DNA of 63,552 nt, counting the filler, from Octopus bimaculoides (Eukaryota), in NCBI RefSeq assembly GCF_001194135.2. It is 10 parts of 10 records of this genome, joined end to end, with 100 filler letters (N's around TTAATTAATTAA, not from the genome) between each part and the next. Parts side by side here need not be neighbours in the genome. Positions count along the whole stretch, not along the records: positions 51,951 to 54,557 come from NW_026405165.1; positions 54,658 to 58,049 come from NC_069009.1; positions 58,150 to 59,843 come from NW_026431343.1; positions 59,944 to 62,416 come from NC_068982.1; positions 62,517 to 63,552 come from NW_026369140.1; 5 more parts are not named here. One strand, 5' to 3'. Numbering within the stretch: the first letter of the stretch is position 1; every line of letters starts with the position of its first letter. Both the position numbers and the translations under genes were made by a program. Positions 53,806 through 63,552 of the stretch are shown here, in pieces. Under the pieces are notes generated by a model. The model worked only from the letters and a program-made list of their open reading frames with translations. It searched no databases and was not told the origin of the DNA.

Positions 53806-53863
53806 CGGACGTCTGTCACTGAAGAGACGGATTACGTCGAAATCGCGTGATCTGGCAGTTCCG
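53806..53863 (+). ncRNA. Type I hammerhead ribozyme, apparently intact
   Basis: Stem I CTGTCA(53813-18)/TGGCAG(53853-58), extended by CGGA/TCCG past a CGT/T internal loop. Core CTGAAGA (53819-25). Stem II GACG-GATTA-CGTC (53826-38). GAAA (53839-42). Stem III A-T-C-[GCGT]-G-A-T. Cleavage triplet ATC (C17 = 53852). Confidence 0.85.
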
Positions 53864-54657
53864 AGGCCCGTAGCAGATGATTCTAGTCTGCCACCAATAT
53901 AGACATGTATGCTTTTATATACTATGAGAGGTCATCTCAAGTTAAAACCGTAGTATTTGCATTCTATCATAACATCCACGTTAAGTTAGATATAGAGATT
54001 GTTTTGTTTGTTTTTTTAATATCAAATATAGATTAAAATTGTACAGACAGACATATCCTACATTACTCTCGGCCAGGTTTAGCATGGCTATAACTGATTA
54101 GAAACGCTCATGGTGGTTAGCGCAGTAAAAATATATCGGACTTTCTTGAGATTTAAAAGATGATGAACAATCAAGATGCTGATTTTAGGTCATTAGGATG
54201 AAGTAATTGGCCGATCTAGATTAGGTCTAAATTAAGAAGAGAAAATAGAACAAAGATAAAAAGAAGAATGAAGACCGAGAAATAGATAACTTTCTTTCTT
54301 TTATTAGCCACACAGGGCTGCACACAGAGGGGACAAATACAACTGTAGAGCTTTTCTTTAAGAAAAAAAAAAAATCCGATCAAAAGGGATCGGTAGGGGC
54401 AAAAAAAAAATGGGGTATCGTATAACACAGAAAATGTCAATTGGGTAAAATGGGGTAACATTAGGTTTATCCATGGAGAGAAAAGCCTACGGAAAAGACC
54501 ATGGTAACCTCAGCAGGGAATAGACACATGAGAGCGAAGTGCTCTTTCTTTTAAAAANNNNNNNNNNNNNNNNNNNNNNNNNNNNNNNNNNNNNNNNNNN
54601 NTTAATTAATTAANNNNNNNNNNNNNNNNNNNNNNNNNNNNNNNNNNNNNNNNNNNN

Positions 54658-55317
54658 CTTTTGGCTGTCTCCACACGTATACTCAGCTGGTAGTCAGAAA
54701 TAAGGTAAAGGATGACTCGTCTGAGAAAATAACATTCTTTCACTGCGTAAATACTCTAAACGCCTTGCAACGTTTGTTTTTGAAAGTAGTGGTTTTCTGA
54801 TTGCAGCCCACCTGTGAAATCCGGCTTTGTGCAGCTCCCGGCAAATAGTTTTTGTGGAAATTGGGTTCTCAAGGTAGTCATTAAGCTCTGCAGTAATTTT
54901 GGGAGCTGTATTTTTGTGATCCTTTCTAACAATTCTTGTAAGAGTCTGACGGTCTCTATCTGAAAGTTTTAGTTTTCTTCCAGAGTTTTGTTTCGACGAG
55001 GAGTTTTTTCCCTCTTTCTCAAAGGCTCTCATTACTTTCAAGATGCACCAGACATTGCGGCTGTTTTCATTACCCTAGCACCTGCCATATGAGCACCAAC
55101 AATTTGACCTCTTTGAAAATCCAATAGATCTGTCATTTTAATGAATTTTAATTATCTTTTTTCTGATGATATCTGTAAAGAAACAGCAATTTTAGCAAAA
55201 ACATATTAAACAACACTAATAATAAATCAAAAAGCATAAATATAAACAAGCTTTTGACGGTTTTATAGATATTTCAAAATTATGATGCTAGGTGTTTCCA
55301 TTATTTTGTCCAACCTG
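54658..55317 (-). mobile_element. Tc1 element 5' half with one terminal inverted repeat
   Basis: Minus-strand terminus CAGGTTGGACAAAATAATGGAAACACC, then DFQRGQIVGA, NSGRKLKLSDRDRQTLTRIV, RELHKAGFHRWAAIRKPLLS. Cut by a gap. Confidence 0.8.
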
Positions 55318-55413
55318 TGTATATGTGACATGTGTCAGTAAGTATGTGTACGAGCCAACCAAATTCTTTTTTGTTTTTCTTCTTCAAACTAAATTTTTTA
55401 TATCCTGGACAAA

Positions 55414-57030
55414 CGTTGGATATATAATTTAATAGAAGGGAAGTAAAAATCAATGTCTTCACACGACATGCATCGCGAGACTCTAAAACGCTCTCTCGAT
55501 GACTTCTATCAACCTCTCGTCTCAACCAATACACTACTCTTTATAAGAGTTTGGCTAGTCCAGTTTTCCAATCCCCCAGGGGTGTCAATGACTCTTGCCA
55601 CATCTCCCCTTTGAGATTGACTTCCGTTGGAAGTTAATATTATTTTCATCATATCTCGCATTCTGAGATTTCTTCCCCAGGAAGTTTAATATTACTTCCA
55701 TTTAGGCACTACTTCCAATCATTCTGTTTTTTGCCTCTTTATTGTGCTGCTACGCATAGGTTCGATTTCTTGTGGCATTGGAACATCAAAGGTGTTGTAG
55801 AACACTTCCATGGGTATCTCTTTTCTTTTTTCTGTATATCTATTTTTTTTTAGCTGGTTTAAATGTCTTTTGCGTTCCCATCTTTTGCCTCTTATCATAT
55901 ATGTCATTTTGCCTACTCTTTTTGTTACTAACCTGTCTTCCCAACTTTGTCTTCCATTTTTATATATTTTGAAAAACACCTTGTCACCAATGTTAAAATG
56001 CTTTGTCGTATTTTTAGTGTTTTGTCTATTTGTTTTTCTAACTGGTAGCAGCTTGTCAAAAATTGATCTTATTTTTCAAGCAAACATTAGTTCCACAGTG
56101 TTTGGGGGTTTGGTGTTATCCTATAAACCCCCCAGGGATTGTATCAATGTTGCATCATTGACTAGCTCATTTCTTGATTTCTTTAATGCTCTTTTAAATG
56201 TATTCACGAACCTTTCTGCTGGCCCATTTGATCTTGGGTGATTCGGAGTAGTGAGTACATCTTGCAAAAATTCTTAAAGTCATTTGCCGTGAATTGTGTA
56301 CCATTATCAGAGTCTATAGTATCCGGGACACCATACCAAGCAAAAGGTTTGTGTAGAAATTCCACTGTTACTATGGATGTTGGTTTTCTACATTTACACA
56401 TTTCTGGCCATTTTGCAATGCTATCTACCACAATTAGATAATATGATCGGTTTAACGGTCCTGCAAAGTCTATGTGTAGTCTGGACTATGGAATATCAGT
56501 CTTAGGCCAAGGTTGAAATTTTATAGATGGTGATTTCGCTGCAAGAACACAACCTCTGCAGGATTTTACCAACTTCTCCATATCTAGATCCATTTTTATC
56601 CAGTAAACATAACTCCTCATAAGCGACTTCATCGTAGAAATTCCTGGATGTCCAGTGTGAAATTCCTTTAACATTCAACCTTATAATGAGGTAGGCATTA
56701 CGCCCCTCTGTGCATACATAAGCACATCATCATATATCGAATACAAATTTGAAACTGTACTACGTCCAGTCACACGTATTTTTTTATTTGTCTTCTGATC
56801 TCTTAATTTTTTTTATCATTTTTATGATAAACTCATCCGTCTCTGCCTTAATTTTTATTTCCTCCAATATCACAGACAATTCACGCACACCATTGTACAA
56901 TATATTCTTTATTTCATTTTCGGCTTTTAACGCCGCTATCACTCTGTCTTCTAGTGGTTCACTGTATTTTGGTATTAACCTTGGCAAACCAACTGCATGT
57001 CGCAATTTTTTCGATGGCAAATACACCACA
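55414..57030 (-). mobile_element. Gypsy LTR retrotransposon 3' half (end of RNase H, integrase, PPT, 3' LTR)
   Basis: HAVGLPRLIP, FHTGHPGISTMKSLMRSYVYW, CRGC, RLHIDFAGP, YGVPDTIDSDNGTQF, RHLNQLK. PPT CAAAGGGGAGA (55603-13) precedes TG at 55602. The LTR is about 190 bp. Confidence 0.85.
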
Positions 57031-57870
57031 CCTCACTTTAAATCGTACATATCAACCCACAACCCCAGAAACAATGAAGCATACAACACAATTGTACAAA
57101 ATCTCACTCTGCTCACTCAAGACCCGAAAATGAACAATATTCTGAATACACACAAATTACTAAAATGCAAAAGACAAGACAAATCATTCAAGAGACTCCT
57201 AACAAGTACAAAACTGTACTCAACACATAAGATACCAACAGTTAAAAAATGCGGACAACCTAATTGTGATACATACCTGTACCTAACATGCTTGGAATTC
57301 ACATTCCAGCAAGAAGAAAAATTTTCAGTTAAGACCAACTTCGCATGTACCTCCCAGAACCTAATTTATGTCCTAACTTGCTCAGGTTGTGGCCACAATA
57401 ATGTGGGTCAAACAAGCCTTACTTTGAGATGCAGAGTTATGCTGCATAAGGAACAGATTCGTTCTCCTCAATACAGGCAGATAGCTCTGAACAAACATAT
57501 TAACAGATGTGCAAGAAATAAAACACCGAATTTCCATATTTTTCCATTATACCAATGCAAATATTCAATCTCCTTACAAGAATGCCGAAACAAGGAAAAC
57601 TTGTTTCATACAAAAGTACAGAACACACCTTAATATATAAACTTGACCACCTGATCCCTACACATTCCTATTTCAAAATCAAATTTAATACCACTATTCA
57701 ATAATACTGAGGAGGTAGTTGTCTACCTTTCCACCTATTGCCTCCCTTTATCCACTCTCTTCATTCATTCTTACATTTCAAGAAATCAAAAATGGCGTGA
57801 TTCCTTTGACTCAAGGAATGATTACTTCACAATGTCCCATGAAAAGCTAATTTAAATAGCGAAAACCAGT
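57030..57870 (+). mobile_element. Penelope-like element 3' part (GIY-YIG) with terminal region
   Basis: YISTHNPRN, KKCGQPNCDT, FACTSQNLIYVLTCSGCGHNNVGQT, FHIFPLYQC. The terminal region carries a decayed hammerhead-like motif. Confidence 0.8.
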
Positions 57871-60119
57871 AGGATATCACTACATTTTATGAGACTTTTA
57901 CCACCCATAATATATGTATATATATTTTTTTATAAAAAGATATTAAAACTATGTGACATAAAAGCATTTCTCTTTCCCTTTTTATATGTTTTACACATAT
58001 TTTCACTTCATTATATTTATATATATATATAAATATTTATGCATATATANNNNNNNNNNNNNNNNNNNNNNNNNNNNNNNNNNNNNNNNNNNNTTAATTA
58101 ATTAANNNNNNNNNNNNNNNNNNNNNNNNNNNNNNNNNNNNNNNNNNNNAGCCACTTGCACGTTAATTTCACGAGCAAGCTGTTCCGTTGATCGGATTAC
58201 CTGAAACACTCAACAGTTCCATAGCATCTTGCCTTCAAACAGCATGTATACATTTTGTACAAAGCGGAGGTAAATGCAACGAGCATTGTTAGTTATTCTT
58301 TCTAGCGCCCTAGTGATTCTGCAGATTCGCTGTCTTGATCCACGCTATACCAGCGGTCGCCATTGTTTTTCCTGATAGACAGCTCCGTCTTAATGCCCTA
58401 ACCAAGGTGGTATATTGCAGAAACTGCTAGAGGATCTAGCAAAACTCCAAACAATATCTCTTTTGGCTCTCTGCAGTCTAACAGCCGCTCCTGCGACTAT
58501 ATGGATACCAAGATGTTTCAATCAATATCGGCGGCCTTTCTTTGAGATGAAGACTGTTAGCTTGGAGAGGGGAGACTACCAGTCATCTTCAAAACAAATT
58601 ATGCCCAGACCTGTTCATACGTGTTGGTGGTGCATAACTGACCTTCACTGAGAGAGGTCTGCTCTTCACATTCGATCATATGTCCGCTCGGTCAAATCCG
58701 ACGCGGGCCCAAAAAATCAGGGTTGGTTCTGCTGGTGGTGGTGGTGGTGGNNNNNNNNNNNNNNNNNNNNNNNNNNNNNNNNNNNNNNNNNNNNNNNNNN
58801 NNNNNNNNNNNNNNNNNNNNNNNNNNNNNNNNNNNNNNNNNNNNNNNNNNNNNNNNNNNNNNNNNNNNNNNNNNNNNNNNNNNNNNNNNNNNNNNNNNNN
58901 NNNNNNNNNNNNNNNNNNNNNNNNNNNNNNNNNNNNNNNNNNNNNNNNNNNNNNNNNNNNNNNNNNNNNNNNNNNNNNNNNNNNNNNNNNNNNNNNNNNN
59001 NNNNNNNTGCTACTGCTGATAACCGTGGTAATGGTGACGGTGGTGGTAGTGATCTTAATGGTCGTGATCGTGTTGATGGTTATGACCTTTGCATGGTTTA
59101 TTTCCTTACAAGAAATAGCAACCAAATCTCCCTCAAATCAGACTTCACTGTTCAAACGAAACACGTGTGAGCACATTAGATAATAATGTAGCCCTAAATA
59201 CCCCTAAAAGGCGATTGGTTATGGCTGGAAGTCCTTTGGTCATTGGTCTAACTCAATCAAAATAGACCTTGGACTAAACAATAACAACATCAATAACAGC
59301 AGTAACAACAACTTCAGAATTCATTATTCTAACATCATCGACAACATTTCCCAAAGGTAAATTACATTATTTTTACGATTATAAAAATATTAATTTTCCA
59401 GATCGTTAATCATTATTTTTATTGGATTCATAAGGTAATAACATAGATTTAATTGTATATTTAATATATTATAGATGAGAAATCAATATTTCATACTTGT
59501 AATTAATTAGTTTTGATATCAGCTTTTAAGTACAACCGGCGTTTGAAGCTTTCCGATTAATGAGTTGTCGCCCGCAACTTTTCCATCTTTCGCCTCCTAA
59601 AACGATTATTTAGAAACGTTCCATATGAAGGTTAATAGGTATAAATGAGATGGAATTGTTCTAAAAGTGTAGGTACATTCATGCATACACACACACACAC
59701 ATACACACATGTATATATACACGTATACATCATCGATTTCATATTGATAACGAATTAATAACTGGTGACAATAGTTAATTACTTAACTTTAAGCCGAGAG
59801 TATTAGGGCAATTACAAGTCTATTAGAAAATTATATACATACANNNNNNNNNNNNNNNNNNNNNNNNNNNNNNNNNNNNNNNNNNNNTTAATTAATTAAN
59901 NNNNNNNNNNNNNNNNNNNNNNNNNNNNNNNNNNNNNNNNNNNTATATATATATTGTTTTATTTCTTTCATTTGTTTCTGTGTTTGACTGCTGCTGTGCT
60001 GGAGCACTACCTTTAGTTGGACAAATCAGCCCCAGGTCTCTTGGGGAAGAGGTGTGGGTGTAGAGGGAGGGACGTGGCAGATGTGAAGGGTGGCGTGGTA
60101 TCAATGAGTAGAGAAGGTG

Positions 60120-60925
60120 GTTAGGAGTGAAGAAGGGAAGTAGGTGTCACATGAAGAAAAGTGAGGAGGGAGTTGAGCCAATGTGACGCAAATGAGCGAA
60201 GGGAGAAGATCAACTCCTGTTCACGGTGAAAGTTGAAGTCCGGATGGCCCCGAAGACAATCCGAACACAGACATGTGTTGCAGTGAATGACTTGTAGTGT
60301 GTAAATGGCGCAAAACTGGGGTGTCATTGCTGAGTTTGATGTTTCGAAGGTATTTAGCGAACCGGTCAGCCAAGTATTGTCTCGTTTGACCGATGTGCAG
60401 AGAAGGGCAAAAAGAGCACGTGATGTAGTAAATGACATTGCTAGAAGTACAGGTAAAGGAGTCGGTGATATGATAGGGGCGATGTGTACCTGTGAGGATG
60501 ATGGTGTTGGAGAAGTAGTGGCAAATACATCAGCGTGGGAGGGAGCAGTAGAACGAGCCAGGCTAGGACGTGGTGTTAAGGAAGAAACTGTGGACCAGGA
60601 GGTCACGCAGGTTGTGGGAAGATATGCGAAGTGGAGTAGTGGGACTGGAGTCGCCGGAAGGCTCAGAGAATTGTGCATTGGAGGGACAGGTTGGAGGGGT
60701 GATAGGTGAAGGGAAACTTGAGACGGGAAACGGCGGGGCAGGTGCGGGGAGAGAGAGCGTGGAGGCACGTTCCATGGAACGTACCCTGGCAAGGGCTGTG
60801 TGGTGAGGGGATATCCACGAAGAATGAAGTGGTGAGCCATGACTTGATACTGAGTCTCAAAGTCATGGTTGTCGCTGGGGAGTAGGGGATGGAGAGTTTG
60901 GTATGTGTAGGGTGGAAGGAGCACT
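60120..60925 (-). mobile_element. Penelope-like element fragment (GIY-YIG region), a different subfamily
   Basis: DFETQYQVMAHHFILRGYP, plus FTCTSSNVIYYITCSFCPSLHIGQT-like and HREQELIFSLRS segments across frames. Confidence 0.7.
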
Positions 60926-61686
60926 AGTTAAGGTAGGAGTGTGAGTCGGTGTTTTATATATACATTTATATATATATACAAACACCCCCACACACACATA
61001 TTTATATACATATATGTACGACAGGCTTCTCCCAGTTTCCGTCAACAAAAATCCTCTCGCAAGGATTTTCTCGGTCCGAGGCTATAGTAGAAGACACTTG
61101 CCCAAGTTGCCATGCAGGGTAACTGAACCCGGAACAATGTGGTTGAAAAACAAGCTTCTTAACAGACAGCTACTCCTGCGCCTATATATATGTATTTATC
61201 GTAAGAGAGAAAGAAAGAGATAGGTATACATTGGTTTCACTTTTCACTATAACGAAACACAGCTTAAGTAGTCTTGCAAAACTTGTAACTTTATGTACGC
61301 CTATTTTGCTACTAAGGGATCATGGATTTTGATAAATCATGTAAATTATCAACCACCTTTTCACAAACATTTCTTCTTTCTTCTGTGTTTTATCTGATTT
61401 TTTGAAATTTAATTAGGGACTGCACTTATGGCAATATTTGTTTTCGTCTGTTAGAGCCCATATCTATTCGCCTTTACTTTGCAGCGAGATTTCAATTTTG
61501 AAGAGGTTCATTTGCTTTGTAATACGCATTGATACAAGAAGTTTTCTGTAGAGGTTTCGCTTGTGTTCTCTTAAATGCGTTCATGTAAATGGTTGCCCGC
61601 ATGTGTATCTGTTGAACTCCGTATTCTTCTTCGTTTCTCTGTATGTCTATTGAAACATGTTCATGGCAGCATATATGCTTAAATTA

Positions 61687-61717
<31 letters not shown>

Positions 61718-63552
61718 GTAAAAGCGTGTTTCCATTCGTGATATTTCTGCTATTTGAAATTGAATTAAATTAGAGATTAATAATGTAATTTACCGAATGA
61801 TTGTGTCAGTTCGTTTGGGAAAAAATCAAGCATTTCCTATAAGATGAACACACTGGCAAATTTCAAAATATGCGCCAGAAGAGTTGTGAAACTGCAAATC
61901 ACGAGACTTTCAACAATGTTTTCATAGCTTTAGTGAAGGTGTAAATCTTTATTCCGAATACCTTATTTAGAAGGGGGAATGAAAAAGACATACAGGCTAT
62001 TAATCACAATTAATTAATCATGAAATACCTCGCATATTACGAATGGTATTTAGGGATATTTTGGATGTAGCAGCACCTGTTAGACAATGTTCTACTTAGG
62101 GGGCTTATTACGACCACAATTCATCGCAGTCTACAGCTAAATATCAGAATACTTAACTGCCAAGTAGCACATTTAGTTCCTTCTAATTAAATCAATTTTG
62201 CTTCAAAACCACATTTCCTTTTGTAAGAAAAATTATTCGTTCTTGTAAGTATTGTTTATAAAATCAACAGAGTAGTGTTAATCTTAATTAATTACAATGA
62301 ATTGATTTACAATATCACGCATGTCATCGCCCATTTTACCGAGATTCCAAATGGCAAGTCATTTCTCGCAATTTATTTTATACATAATTGTGTTTATTAT
62401 TGAGAAAGTTATATATNNNNNNNNNNNNNNNNNNNNNNNNNNNNNNNNNNNNNNNNNNNNTTAATTAATTAANNNNNNNNNNNNNNNNNNNNNNNNNNNN
62501 NNNNNNNNNNNNNNNNTAACGTACCGCACAACATATCACACCATTTCAAAACTCTATTGATCTAAACCTCCTATTACTCTTCCAATATTCCTACCTATTA
62601 TATCTTATAGTACTTTAAACTTAGCATCCGTAACAAGATATCTTTTATGAACAACGCACCGTGATAAACAAATAAACAAAAATTATATAAATATTTTAAG
62701 TGACACATCTAGCCAATTTCAATTATAGTTTACTAAGTTACTGTATCCTTAAAAGAACATGTCGCTGTTTTTCATAGGCTTTAGCACTAAATACATATTT
62801 TCCATTATATTCATCTCGTGTTCTGTTATAATGCCATTCTGAAAGACAACGAAGCGTCATTGGCATAAAGCTCTGTTCAAATTTGTTTGCGAATAGTTTC
62901 GACGAATTTGTTAATTGTTTCAAATCACCGTGTCCAAAAACACAAACTGATCTTAACCACTTTCCATGACAACTGATTCCGCTAGTATGTTTCCAAAGTT
63001 TAAATCTTGAAATTAAAAGCTTGTTATGGATTTCCGTCCCTGTAAATATAACAAGTAAACAAAAAGGAAGCCAAAAATGAAGTGCACGATCAATTCGATA
63101 AAGAAAATTTAAAGTAAACAATTTCAACTTAAATCCCATCAAATACTCTTATTAACAAAATTCAACTTTTTTTGTGCTGGAGCTGAAACTAATCCGTATT
63201 CATTAATTTGGGTCGCTGATTACGAAAATCAAGTTCATTTTGAAAGGTTTTTTAGTTACAGAATTACACCCATTTTTTGTTTTTCCAATGGCTTTATGGT
63301 GCAATAAAGAGCATAGATTGCAGCATACATTACATGAAAATTACTGTATCATCCATATAAGCATAATGTAAGACGATTAAACTACTGCTTTGTAGACGTT
63401 ACCTCTTATGTCAAATAATATGATTTTATTGGAACTACATTTATCTGTTTGAAATACCCTTCAACTGCATAAATAATCCGAACAATTCTTGCTACCGCAG
63501 TGATTACAAAATCTTTAGCGTTGTATGTTTATACTAATATTCTTTGCTTGTC

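Noticed and set aside
62738-63142. 134-aa minus-strand ORF
   Set aside because: No recognisable domain or splice context. Treated as a chance ORF.

Overview
AT-rich, microsatellite- and SINE-dense animal genomic DNA with many N gaps. The SINE families and repeat style suggest an octopus or other coleoid cephalopod (inference). Nine fixed 100-bp spacers (44N-TTAATTAATTAA-44N) are scaffolding artefacts. Host coding sequence is sparse. Two in-phase + strand exons (30960-31057, 32197-32258) encode the C-terminal half of an EMI domain and the CxNC/coiled-coil segment typical of EMID1/COL26A1-like proteins. A further exon-like ORF (35552-35841) encodes a hydrophobic segment, a Ser/Gly-rich linker and RKKR, and is out of phase with those two. 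The rest is decayed mobile DNA: a Tx1/L1-clade LINE lacking RT, five R4/Dong-like fragments (four stacked head-to-tail in (TAA)n tracts), Penelope-like fragments, an RTE endonuclease fragment, two Tc1 relics, a Gypsy 3' half with LTR, MITEs, a foldback element and many SINEs. The most notable observation is an apparently complete type I hammerhead ribozyme at 53806-53863 (+), set in a highly pairable, CpG-rich island, plus three decayed hammerhead relics elsewhere. Most ORFs in the supplied track are microsatellite or N-gap artefacts. Repeat boundaries are approximate and were assigned by eye.
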